Positions 46,645-59,839 of a stretch of DNA of 64,000 nt are shown here, in pieces. The stretch's first letter is position 1. Every line of letters begins with the position of its first letter. The stretch comes from Octopus sinensis (lineage: Eukaryota). Below the pieces are notes generated by a model. The model worked only from the letters and a program-made list of their open reading frames with translations, searched no databases and had not been told where the DNA came from. The stretch is taken from NCBI RefSeq assembly GCF_006345805.1, contig NW_021826031.1, positions 186,001-250,000 on the forward strand, in the 5' to 3' direction. The translations under genes and the position numbers were made by a program.

Positions 46645-49600
46645 TTAGTCCTCACTGTATGAGCCATAACCAGTTACTTCGACAATTGATTTCCTCTGAG
46701 TTAATTTGTCGATTACATAAAGTTTTTGTGAGTAAATAACATTTTCTCTATCGATTCATAGAATGAAATTAGTTACCTTGGAATAAATGTCACAGTGATT
46801 AAACATTCTGAAGGAGTGATTCCATAACCTTGAATTAATCCACTTTCTAAATCAACTTTTATTGCTTCATTTGGTTCTACGTTATCTATCAAAAATGTAT
46901 ATAGTTTTACCATATATAATGGCCCACAAAGTGCAAGATGCTCCTTTGTTTAATATTTTTAGTGAACGTGCATGGACATCTCCAATTTGGACATTTCCAA
47001 ACTCTATTGAACTATTATCAACTTCGAGTAATGGTAAGAGAACAAAGCATTTTATTGGAGTTTTCTATATTGTTTTTCTTTTTTTAAATTACCTGGATAT
47101 CCCCGTTATCGAAATGAAGTTCAAAAGAGCTTTCAAATAACATTTCTGTAGAAAAGCTCTCTTCGATCTTAATCATACTGTTTTCTAGCTGGAATCCGAA
47201 ACTCACCTAGAATATCAGGTATTAGCTAATACTTCGCTACTATCATTCCCTTTCACTGAATAACGCACATTCTCGTCGCAGAAGAAAGGAGGCTCGGTGG
47301 ATAACCAAAATTTCATCCCAATATTAGCAACATTTTCCAATATCACTTTTTCATAAAACAGTTCTTTTTCCTTAATCTGGAGAGTTATATTGAAACACCA
47401 CTTTTCCATTCTTTATACAATTTCCAGCCACAGCTCTAATTTTTACTAAATTCTTTGAAATTGATAATCTAATGACTAAAGCCATGCGACTAACTGTGGA
47501 AGTATTGTAGATCCACACACATATATCATTAGAGGAAGAATATTGTATCCATCTTTTCTACAAATACCTTTATTTTTTAGGTTCTAAATTGAATTTAGCA
47601 AAATTTAAAATATACTGCTGGGTCTAGTGTCATATATGCGACAATGACTGCATAGAATTCACCTTGTATGCTGATTTTGGACAAATCAAATGTTAAGTAG
47701 AATTTTTCAGTTTTCCGACTTAAAATAGTCTACAGAAATTCAATTTATCATACTTACCATTTTATTTTTGTTTATAGAGAATATTCCATCTTTACTATCT
47801 CCGAAGCAGTTTGTAGGAATGACAGATATTGGATGTTGGTCGGGAATGAAATCAAGAGGGAAGAGACGATGCGTCTTGTACTCTTGGCTATCAAATGGTC
47901 TTGGACTGCAAATTTTTATATTAAATAGTTTTTTGGGATTTTTGAGATGATCGATTGTCACGTGATGAATCTCAAAATGCAAATGTATATCTTTTAGTAG
48001 ATATTAAAATATCACCAAACCACACGGCCCCAAATTTTTTATTCGTATTTCTTTGATTTGATCACTAGTATTTCTTAATTGTTGTCCAAAACTGTAACAT
48101 AGATTTCACAATTTTACTGGATTTTGTTATAGTTTTTCATACTGGAAAACATTGGAAAAAACAAAGGAGTTCCTAAGACAGTGACCAGTAATCGTATTTT
48201 TATCATTTCCAATAAATCAAACTAGTGTTTTGATCGCTAAAATATACACCTTAAGTAGTAAAATGTCTTCATATTCTCCCCACATATCTGACATTAAGTT
48301 TATCGTCAGCGTTACTTCTTCAAATTCTTCCAGAACGCCGCAATTAGGTGAACAATATAAGTATATTCCGTGAACTGTCTCTGAAGCTTACAAATTTTGA
48401 AATAGTTTTACGAATTGGTGAACTGTCGTGATGAGTTAATGAATCTGTTTTTACATCCTGACTGTTGCTTAAATTCCAAAATTTATTTCAATTAAAATAC
48501 CCTGAGTATAAATTTTGTGAAATTGGAAAGTTTTGCATGGTGGCTTTGTATGATGTTTTAATTGCAGTGTCGTTGCGGATCCGCAATTTATAAGAACAGG
48601 ATTTTTCCAGTGTGTTACATTCAGGCATGATTATTGTCACCGACGTTAATTTTTCCCTATTTTGTATGAATTTTAAGATATACCAAGTTTTATTTTCTGG
48701 AATTCTGAAACTCAAATCGAGGCCTTTAACCTCACCAGTAATACTTGCATATATTTCTTTCTCGTTACTAAAAGTCAGTGGTAGAAAAAACTCTCGGATA
48801 AAAATCTAAACAAAATTAAAATCAAACAGAAAATTAAATTAATTTAAAAGTCATACCGGCGAGTTTATTTGAATAGTAATTTCTACTTCACAAGTCTCTC
48901 CTCCTTCAAGTGTTCCAGTAGTGGAAGAATATATCAATTCAAACTCTTCTAATTCAGTGACAGGCTAACGGAATTATCATATTAAATGGTTTATTACATC
49001 GTTGAGTTTGAAATTTGTTTTCAGAGGAGTTTGATTGATTATTTCTACTTTGAATTTTCGTGGTATCGACACATACCATTCGTCGAGATAAATATGAACA
49101 TTTTTAAATGCCAGACTTTGTTCGATTACATTTGAAATTATCTTTAATATTCTTTTTTAGTTTTTAAAATGAATTACTTTGGTTTCTCCGGATCTGTATA
49201 TACTTTAACAAAATCTTCATTGTATCCTATTCTTGAGGCATAAAAACTAATTTTGACTGAATTGCTCTTGAAAGGTAGAATTTTTCCGCTCGTTTCATCA
49301 AATTTAATAATATTTATCTAAATTTATCACAAATATCAAATACATTTGAAGAATTCATGTCAATCTTCCAGAGTGCTTGTAATTCGGAGAGATTGTAGAT
49401 TTCTAAAGTTTGTTCGACTTGTTTTAAATAATTCACATTCCCAAAATCAATAACGCTACTTGAAAGTGAAATTTCACATTCCTAAATAAAGTCCTTCGAT
49501 GATTCAAACCTTAAAGTTGGCTTTAATTGGAAACTGTATAGGGGTTTCTCTGTTCTCTACACACAAGCATATTATTTTGTCTAAAAACCCAGCTATTCGC

Positions 49601-52001
49601 CCCGTGAGAGAAATTTGTAAAACTTTACGTTGGGAGGGTCCTGAATCAAAAAATAATCAAATCAAAACACAATTTAACCCAATTCTCCAGATTGTGGAAT
49701 TGCTTCGATTATGCATGACTCATCAATTACTTCTTCCCACAAATACTTGATTTTACATGTATTTGTATTATATAACTATTTTTTTAGAATATTAGTAAAA
49801 TACTTCAATATTATATCTTTTTGTAGTCCCTACTAAACATACATCCTCAATTTCCAGAAACAGCGGTTTTAATAAACATTTTATTTCTTTTCGTTCTCCT
49901 ATCAAACCTATTCTCAAACTGTTGATGCTATCTCGACATATTTTATTCTCTTTATCTACAATAATTTATATATATACTTGTCCAAACAGGAATATTTTGC
50001 AGAATGAGTTGAATAACGCTTTTATGTTCTCCAATCTAGAAAATAAATACGAATAGGAATTATCAACGGAGGTAGGAGAATAACTGATTTTATAACGTTT
50101 TGTTTCCCGGGGCATTAACGTTCCATGCGGAGGTTGTATTTGGAAATTAGAGTCATCAAAAGAAGTGGTAGCATAAGATTTTTTGTAGCACTGATGTCTT
50201 TGCATTGACCAACAATATTCTAGAGATACGTTGCTATCAGTTAAACACTTTTTTGGGTACCTTTTATTATAGACTTGAATTTCTCGTTCGGATTTATTTT
50301 GTCCCATAAACTTAATAAAATTAGTTGCCGCTGCGTCCAACAAATCTCTGTTTTCTGGAAAATATTCGCCCAATTCAACGTTTATTAACTCACAACAAGC
50401 AATTTCTCCATTTCCTAATGCCAATATAAATAACTAAAAACACCCTTAATAGTGATTTCACGAAATGTATAATTGTCACAAACAATAACTAAATTTTCAT
50501 GCAAACTGTAATTTCCGTCAGGAGTAAATACGAATGTAAGAGTAACTTCTTCGTGTTCGTCCAATTCGAAATAATTTGGGGTTACAGTATATTGCTCGCA
50601 TTTCAACGTTAAATTTTCATTCTATTATAGTCATTTTTGTAAACCTTGAGATTAATAAATTTTATAAAGTTCTCATCCCATTCAATTTTTCTACAAATCC
50701 AAAACCGTCCTCGATTTCCTGTATTTATAACTTTGTGATGGTATATCTGCGAATCATTGACAAGTACATTTCCAATAAAAATAGAGCTATCCACTAAAGA
50801 AAAATCTAAAGAATTTATACAGTTTAGCATTGGAGTTCGACGTCTACCAATAATTAAAATGTCAACTGAGCCCAGTCCTTGAATTTCAAGGGTTATTTTG
50901 TCATCATAATTTCGAAGGCAGTCGGGAATAAATCCAATGACCAACTTTAATTCCATTCCGGGTCCGACTAGACTAGTACTCGTTGCTAAACTGCTAAAAA
51001 CGTTTAAATACATTCAATTAATTTGCAGCAAAAATAAGCACTTTCTGGCGGTAAAAATCGACATACTCTAGAATATTTTGAAATGTTTTTTATTTTTAGT
51101 ATTTTCTACAAATTTTAATTATTGTGTTACCTTATGATAGTTGTTGGAGTCGTATTCCGTGAAAACCACTGGGTTTGGGGAGAATACAAAGTCAGTACTG
51201 ATTCTATTAATATAATATCATTCTTATATTACTTTCTAGAACTTTCGTTTCTAAAACGCTCATTTGGTCTAAATTCTGCTTTTGCTTTAAACTCTTCAAT
51301 TTTTCTCATTTCAAACTCAAAGATATCCATAGGGAGACGAGGAGGTGCGTTTTTTGTTGGCAAAGTCTTCAAATCAGGAGGAATATTTCAGTACTTTAAA
51401 CTCATCTTCACTGTGAGAGTTTATTTGTTTGCATGTTAAACATCCTTCTTCGTCATATACCAGATTCTCATTTGAAATGCATTCAGTTTTAATTTTTGAG
51501 TGTAATCGCATTTGGCTAAAAGCTAAAAAATATTTTCATAACCTTTGTAATTTTTCATTGGTTCAATTGTTTCTTCGGTGTAATCTTCAGATTTTAGAAG
51601 AAAATCATTTTTCGGTACTCTTGCGCGGATGCAATCTCGGAGAGGAAATTCTCGAGAATTAAAAAAAATAATAACTATTTTTAATGCTCATGACTTCTGC
51701 CTCAAATAGTTTTTCCTCAATATAATTGAGATTAGCTATTTCGACTTGACACTCATCGTTGAACTAATTTACTTGAATATAAAAATACAACCTTATTAAG
51801 CTCACTTATAAGGTCAGAACCATCTGTTGATTTTCCTAAATATTGAAATTTGTCTTCCAATTGTAAATTTTTGAAGTCGGGAACACGTTTGTCAATCAAT
51901 AGGGTTACGTCGTATAAATTATCTCGTTCATAAAGTGAGCCGTTCAATTCTGTCATTAACGAAATAGTTTTATGGCAAACAACAATATTACTAAGAAACA
52001 A
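46645..52001 (-). CDS. DLEC1: DLEC1 / CFAP81 ciliary Ig-like (ASH) repeat protein
   Basis: VGPGMELKLVIGFIPDCLRNYDDKI...IGRRRTPML...VINTGNRGRFWI, later Ig-like blocks, and C-terminus EFGNVQIG...VTGYGSYSED*, all matching DLEC1 as recalled. 5' end approximate (52.0-52.2 kb). Confidence 0.8.
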
Positions 52002-52428
52002 TATTTATAGTAAGTGTGAATTATAAAGTTACTTTTGTTAAAAATAAAATTCCATAAATTCTAAAAATTTTAAAGATTCACGAGTCTTTGATAGAATCAA
52101 TTTTTACGTGTAGACTTCCACTAGATCTACGATGTTTTGATAAATTAAGCGAACATTGCACCAGGACCAATAAAAATATTGAAAGAAAAATGAAGTTTGC
52201 CAATATTTTCCACTCCTTATTTTTTATCTCATAATTATTTATATTAAAGTTGGCTGTTCTCTCTATATATGGTATAAACTAAATATTGTTTCAACACCTT
52301 GTAAGTTTGTTTACGAAGAAAACGGATTTACACAACTTTTTTTAATTTTTTTAATTGGGAATTGATATCTCAGACTAAACATTTTTCATTAGTATATTGA
52401 AATTAAATTATTTTTAAATAAGTATTAA

Positions 52429-54097
52429 TTATGGTATCACTATTTTTTCCTCGAGTTGAGGCATTTCGGAACATAGAAACATAAAATAATTACAAGAAGA
52501 ACGACGACTCCAGTTGAACTAAATGAGATTAATGCTCCAAAAATTTTTCCGATTTTAGTCTCATGCATTATGGTCACTGAGTAAATGCTATCAAAGGTTA
52601 TTGGAGCCAGTGCCCTAGATAACTAAGAAATGATGTAATAAACCTAAAAATACAAGAGAGTGACAAGCCAATCCCATTAATCGTACCAATATCTTCAATT
52701 TTGACGGAATTGTTAAGCATCAATGCAATTGATCCAAATATTATGTAAGTAATAGCGCGAATGATAATAAACACAAAATATAAAAATATTTCCGTTTCAA
52801 TAATTGATCTAAAAGAATAGAAAAATCGGAAACCTGTGAATTCTAATGGTATAACTTAGTGGAACAATCAAAGTCAAAGGTAAAAGAATCACATTTCCGT
52901 ATTTGGTGACCTAATAAAGTGTTTATCAAAAATACTCAACCTGAATAACTCCAACGTTATTCATTATTTTCGTAAAAACAAACGATTGTATAACTATCGA
53001 CGGAAGTGAGGAATATATGAGAAAGTCCCCTATCTGTTTAGAAGATTTCTCCAACCCACCTACGCATAACAAAATTGGCTTACCAGATGATATTTCTGTA
53101 GATAAATAAACCACAATGAGTTCCGTGCTTCCCACATAAAATAGAGAAAATATCATATATATCGCCAGAGAAATAAGCGTCCCTCGAGACCTGTGTCTAA
53201 AAACTCCAGAATACTTAGTAATTCTTTTGAATGCCATAATGGTGGTTTCAGGCTTCTTTTTATCTTCTATTTCGGGAACTTCAATACTATTCAAGTGCTC
53301 TAGTAGTAATGACCTAATATATGGTTAATGACGCTATTACTTCTTATTCTGTGAATATTCAGCTGGGTATATTATTATTATGTTAATGATTGTCAGAAAG
53401 ACTACGACCAGCGAACACAAGAAATAAGGATACTTATAGAAAAAGGCTACATTTCCAAATACATTCGGATACAACAAGTTCGGATTTTGTAAATATCCTG
53501 ACAATTGTTATAATAGTCATTAACCTCCAAAAAATGGACCAAGTATTCCTCCAAGAGACACTCCGATCATGTGGAATAACATTCCAATAGATTGATGTTC
53601 CTCGTCACATAAATCATGAACCATCGCTTTATTTATTCCAGCCGTTCCTTGTAAAATAAAAATTCAAGACAACCAGAAACCAATCCGAGACAAAGACGCA
53701 TGATACTGACAAAATAGATATTAAAAGAAAATCCAGTCAGAAAAGTGAAGACAGCACACAATCCAAAGCATATTTTAAGTGTACAATATTTGCTAATCTT
53801 ATCAGAAATTCGTCCGACGATAAGGCTGATAAAATTTTTTTAAAGTTACCATCCAAATATTCTTCCAACGTAAAATGCAGTTTGAACAATTCCTACGTAA
53901 TAGCCTTTCTGATATTCTTCAAATCCAAAAAACTACAAAAACTCGCGAATAAAAACAGTACCCGTATCATTTCAGGAAGAAAAGGCTGCACAAAAGAGAT
54001 TATGGTATTGGTTGTAATCTGTCACTGTATTTAAATTAGTTACTCCATTTAGGGTCAGCATTATAAGAGATATTTTTGTTGGTTTTTTGCATTCCAT
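52429..54097 (-). CDS. MFS transporter, ZIFL1/DHA1-like
   Basis: SFVQPFLPEMI, KGYYVGIVQTAFYVGRIFG, GRISDK, MRLCLGLVSG|TAGINKAMVHDL, GVSLGGILGP and LMLNNSVKIEDIGTINGI. Confidence 0.8.
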
Positions 54098-54290
54098 GCT
54101 TTTGCAATTGCCCATAATAAATGTTTGTTAAAATCAAATTTAATTTCAGATATTAGTTAATTTTTTTATTCAAATATAATATTTATTTATTCAATTAAAA
54201 TATTAAATTTCTTAAATGAACTATTTTTTAAAATCCGTAGATTTTTATTACATGTATTAAAATTGTTACTAATAGTTACAATAATAATAA

Positions 54291-56886
54291 ATGATTGAGC
54301 CAAAACTAAGATTGAGCTACCTAATGCAGGAAATGAGTACACAAACTAATATCCTAGATAAATAGCATCTCGAAAAAGTGTTTTCATGTTGGACCAAACA
54401 AACAGGTATTTTAATTTCATATAAGCTAGATATTCTGCGGAGATATGAGCGGAAAATTTTTAAATTTCAAAATAAGATCAAATTCTCTGAAAGTACACAT
54501 TAATCTAATATAAAAAGTCAAAAATTATGAAGGAAGAATTATTAAATATAAGAAATATAATCACCCAAAACGATAAAATTTATGTTTCCACCGTCGATAA
54601 AATTTTGTTGTTTTCGGAAGGAGAGCTGGAAAACGAAATACATTACCCAATCCATGAAGATATCACAATAATGTACAATCTATGTATAAGGTTTCTAAGG
54701 CTTCCTTGTGAAAAAATAAAAATAATCTGCACTAATCAGACAATATATTGTTTTGAAGACAACTATGAAATTTTTAATTGTCAATTAGGATATTGTATTA
54801 ACGACATTATCGCCATTTCTATGAATTCGGCAATATTCTCGTGTATAGCGACTTCTGATCGGAGAATTCGAGCATTGGAAGTTACTTTTCATCAATCTAT
54901 TTCTCAGGGTGGAGAAATATTACATGAAGTTGAACTCTCCAGTCCTTGCTTAGTTTTAAATGTAGCTCGATCAAAGAACGGTTTTTGGATTAAATATTTG
55001 TCTAGAAAAACATGAAATATTATTTGGTGCTTATGATGGAACAATTGGAATGCTTCGATTTGATATGTTTGAGCTGTGTTTTTATTTCAGGAAAACTCTA
55101 ACAATAGTTTGGGAATACAAAACTCCAGAAGTTGACAATAGTAAGTTTTCAAATCATATCACCAAGTCGCCTGTATTGAAACTTTTGAAGTGGAGGAATA
55201 TATGATGAAGGTTGCAGTGGGAACTGAAAAGGGACACATTCGCATCTACTCCTGTTCCTTCGAAGGGATCTTCTCATGTCTAGGATTCGCTGTATAATTT
55301 GAAAACAGTCATTTCAGGACATTGACGATTCGGTTACATGTATTCAAGTATTAAAATACTCTGGAGAGATGAAACTGTTATGCTCTACTATCAAGGGTTT
55401 ATTTGATGATTTTTAGTTCCATAGGATGGATAATCGAGATAACCACCGATGATAAGCATCCGGAATTGAAAGTAGCACAAGATAATAAGGAAACGTTAAT
55501 TAGTGGCTCATTTTAATTTCAAATAGAATTGAAGAAATTGAAAATGATCTTGAAATTCAGAGAAACGAGGCTGCGAAAATATTTTCTCGGAAAGCAAAAA
55601 AGGGCAAAGTTGTCGTGTTTCCTGTCATCGAGATCCAACATAAATTGATCTGGAATTTTGATAAAAAGTTTCATACCCTCGAAGTTCAGTGCTCACTAAA
55701 TACCGAGCACATAATTTTAGTGGTTTATATTTGTTAAGTAGTTTTAGAGTACGATTTACGTTGATGTTGTTAACATAGAAGAGGGCTGTTTCTTAGATCA
55801 TATCCAGAACCATTCTGAATACAAGGTCATATATTAAAAAGTATTTATTAGACAACATTTTCTATTAAATTTGATTGGTCGAGGAATAACTTTAAAATCA
55901 ACCTCAATTTTGTTGAAGGGCAAGTTGGATGGATACATATTTACGTTTTGTACAACAGTTCCATTCAAACTGTCAAAAAAATGTCTATTAAAGTAAAGCC
56001 CATGTCTCATCACCAACGAATAAATAGTTATGAGCCTATCGCGTAATTTTTCAAATCCTGATTTAATTTAGCGATGTGAATTTGTTGAAAATAACGGGAA
56101 CATTTTCGGCAGTAGAATGTAATAATTGGATTTCCGACTGTTTTCCAGAAGTTCCTGAAACTATAACTACTACAGACGTAGTTTATTATTTCAAATCGCT
56201 CAATCTCGGGACATTAGTTTGCTGCCGATTCAAGTTGTGAAAAATGTCTTTATCTACAGAGATGACGAATTCGTGATCGAAGCAGAAAATATATCTTCTA
56301 TAGCTGTGCTATACGAATATGTATCAATTAAAGCAATCAAACAGAAAATCAAAATCAAGATGTCTCATGGTCTAATATATATTTGAAATGTAGTCATTAA
56401 CACCGCGTGTACTGAAAAATTACTTAAACGACTGATCGAAGAATTGATAAAACTTAAAAGAACAGATGAAGAGTTTAAGTTATTTTTGGTGGCCAAGGTA
56501 TACAAAATGAATGAATACAGGACGTATTAATGGAAGAAGGTGAAGAAGACGTGTTTGTTGTCAAAAACATACAATTATTAAAGAACGAGGAAACGCTTAA
56601 TTTAGCACACGCTACGCATGATAAAAATCTAAAAATTTTGTCTGGCATGTAATAAATCACCAATTTACAGGCAGGAGTCATAAGTGATTTTTATGTTGAC
56701 TGGTACAAATTTAAATGTCGTGGATCCGAGCCCAGTGTCGATCACGTGCAGCGCGCTGTTTTTGATTATTCCGTCGTGGAAATATGTAATTTGTTTGGAA
56801 CTAATTTTGGTATTGAGAAAAATAGACATATTTTAGAATTAATCTTCGGACAAAAATTCTATGAATATTATAAATTTGCTTATTGA
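54291..56886 (+). CDS. BBS7: Bardet-Biedl syndrome 7 protein (BBSome)
   Basis: CIATSDRRIRALE..EILHEVELSSP, IIFGAYDGTIG, AVGTEKGHIRIY, DSVTCIQ and C-terminal SDFYVDWYKFKCRG; multi-intron; divergent. Confidence 0.8.
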
Positions 56887-56999
56887 TTTTAATTAAATTT
56901 CATTTCCAATTTTATGTTTGTCATTCGTTAGTTTTTTTGATAAAATAATTTCCATAAAAAGGACCATCCCAAAATTTATCTAAATTAATTATCAGAATG

Positions 57000-57720
57000 A
57001 ACTTGATCTAAAAATAACATCAGGAAACCCCACTTATTCAATTATTCAAAGCCTTTTCTGGATTGACTTGGCAATGTTACCAGTACCAGGTTTCTCCATT
57101 AGGCCGGAAACGCACTTTATTTTTTTAGAAAGACAGAGTAAAGTTAACTAATCAGGTGGACCCCACTTAATGTATTTAATTAAAGTACTAAGCATTCAAA
57201 ATCTTTTAAAAAATCGTAAATTTATATTTTCATAAAAAGATCACTTTTAAATATTTGTTATTTTTAATACTTACACGTCTCATTTTCCAGCAAACCTATT
57301 AACAAATGTTCTAACATATTTTTATGCTATTTCCGGAATAATGTTGCCCAATATCTATGAACACATTCTTTGCATTTCATTAATTTTGCTTCTGTTAAAA
57401 AAATAATTGAATCAAGCTCTTTATTTGAAGTCCCAAGAAAATTCTGCTCAAAAAGAAAACGTTTAGTAATCTTTTTTGACCTGAAGACGGTTTTTAATAA
57501 ATTTTAGTTTTCAATCTTTTTCTAAATGCTCTTTGAATATTTTCATTAACAAAGACATAGTTTTCAAAATCCAAATCCAATAACGGAGTCGGAAATCGAA
57601 CAATTATTATCGGGAGATGTCGACAGTGCAATCGTAGATGCACGTGAAGAAGCGTATTCAAAACTTCTTATTGCTGGAGATAAAATGATAGACAGTTTTC
57701 TATTTTCTAATGTAAATTTT
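57000..57720 (-). CDS. possible IQ-motif protein gene (unresolved)
   Basis: Minus-strand segment MSLLMKNIQRAFRKRL and several intron-like GT..AG tracts; no consistent model could be built. Confidence 0.2.
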
Positions 57721-57967
57721 AATTATTATCTCAATTTTAACCGATTTATTTACAATTTTAAATCATTATTTTTTAATGGTTAACCAAAAATCAAATAGAC
57801 TTTTCGATGATCAATAAAAATTGTTGATGTCAGTGGGATGTTGGTTTTTTCGATATCCTGCTTTTTTCAACAGGTACCAAAATTATTAAAAATGTGTTTA
57901 AAGTGAGACTTAGAAAAATCAACATGTATTTTGTATGGTAATATTGCTCAAAAATGAAATTTTGAAA

Positions 57968-58002
57968 GTGTCCATTTATTCGCGTGTCCATTTATCCGAC
58001 TG
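57968..58002. mobile_element. solo pogo/Tc-like TIR remnant
   Basis: GTGTCCATTTATTCGCGTGTCCATTTATCCGACTG+TA: internal direct repeat and a CAGT/TA-type end. Confidence 0.4.
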
Positions 58003-58265
58003 TAACATAATATTTTCCCATTCTTCAAGCAAATTGTTCTTAATTTGGTGATTGTTTGCGATTTCCTTAAATCAATTTTGAATTTTAAAATTTTCTATAA
58101 ATGTTCAATTAGATTGAAATCTGGCGATTTAAAACATTTATTTCTTTTTTGTCATATTGGAATGCCTATTTTTGTGTCAAATTCATAAAACATTTCAAAT
58201 TAAAAAATGATTGGTTTATAAGAAATAAATATTTTATTTATTAGAAATAGATATCATAGATGTGA

Positions 58266-59750
58266 CTAATTTTTTAGAGAAAGGGGGTTTAATCTTCGAA
58301 AAAATTCTTTCCGTATAAATACGACATCGTTTTTTACGTTACCAAAAATTGACGAATTTTCATAAAATCGTCTTACGAGGTACGGAATTGTATCTTCCAC
58401 ATTTCCATATGGAGATGACTTATATACTGGAAAATTAAGAGATCCCAACTGAAGACTAATATGGTCCGACATTCCCATCAATTGTCCAAACTTGAATGAA
58501 CCTGTGTGTCTATTCGTTTGGAGCAAAAGTTTGCAGGCCTTCCGAATAGAGTTAATATTGTGTGTGGCAAGCAATATTGAATATTTTTTTGAGAAATGAT
58601 AATTAAATATCATTTCCACTATTTTGTCATAATTTGAATTTGTTTCTTCGTAAGAATCAAAAACCGGATTGGGCACTTTATTTAAATCAGAATATTGGCG
58701 TTCGGATAGCATATAAGCTCCTCTAACAAACTTACAATTCCAACAAAGGTTGAATTCTTCAATTATGTTGAGGTTTTGCATAATTGAGTTCAATGAATTC
58801 TTTAGGTAACATTGAAAAGTAAGTCCCACTGTCGGTACTTCAACATTGTAAAGCATAATCATTGCCATGGTTATCGCATTGATTCCCTCGTTCATATCTG
58901 TGTATTCCGCGTCCACAAGTACTTGTAAATCAGACTTTTCAACGTTTTCCATAGCTTCTCTAATTTTTTCAATTCCGTTTAATAAATATTTTCTTTCTGA
59001 GGCATCAAAGTGTTTTAAAATGGTGCCATCAATTATTTTATTCCCACGAAAAATATTTTTCACCGCAAAAATTGTATCAATATAGTCAGTTCGATTCTTA
59101 ATTTGTGATGATAGTTTTCTTAGCGTTGAAAAGGGAAAAAACCCTGTTAATTTGTAGTGAACAATAACAGTCTTGTCATTTCTTTTTTTGAACAATTTAA
59201 TTGTCTTTATCAGTTCTTGCTGGTTTCTACAAATCGAACTGTAGTAGTCATTTTCTGAGCACAGTCCAAGGTCGTTCTCGTAGCTCATCATTACCATCGA
59301 TCTTAAGTTTTTTGAATTATATTTTTCAATCGTTTGAATAATCTCAGTTTCATTTTCACCAATAACAAATTGTTTATAAAACGTTTTTTTCATAAGAAAA
59401 TTAAAAATTCGTTTCCCTACAAGCTTCTGAGTGATGTTCATAATCTGTTCACTATTCACAACCAACATTTGACTGGAGCAAAATTTCATGATGAACAAAT
59501 TACGACAAATGCTACCAAAGGATTCTTTTCTTAGATTTGATGCCATTATATCATCAGAAAGTTGTCCAATTATATTTTTCTCTTCCAAATGACTACTCGT
59601 ATGAGCAGATGAATGCCGAATTGTCGATCCTAATCCCAAGAGTGATCTAACAGGAAAGTGGCTGCAAGAACTCTTTAGAATCCACGAACTAAAATTGATG
59701 ACAAAACGAGGAACTACCAATTCATTTTCCAATTAAATACGTTACAACAT
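58266..59750 (-). CDS. PRODH2: proline dehydrogenase family, PRODH2 (hydroxyproline dehydrogenase)-like
   Basis: VDAEYT, TFQCYLK, KFVRGAYM, LATHN, FGQLMGMSD and YKSSPYG...PYLVRRFYEN. True ATG at 59750 with one 57-nt intron (59689-59745) gives a mitochondrial-presequence-like MFSWILKSSCSHFPVRSLL. Confidence 0.85.
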
Positions 59751-59839
59751 TCTTATAAACTAGAATTTAGTGGCTAAAATTAATTTTTCTGGCCGAATAC
59801 TAAATAACCGCAAACACACCCAAAAGAAAATGTCATTTA

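Noticed and set aside
59730-59732. TTG start of the 488-aa PRODH ORF (non-AUG initiation or bacterial HGT)
   Set aside because: An ATG at 59750 plus a 57-nt GT-AG intron gives a normal start and presequence, and the motifs are animal PRODH2-like.
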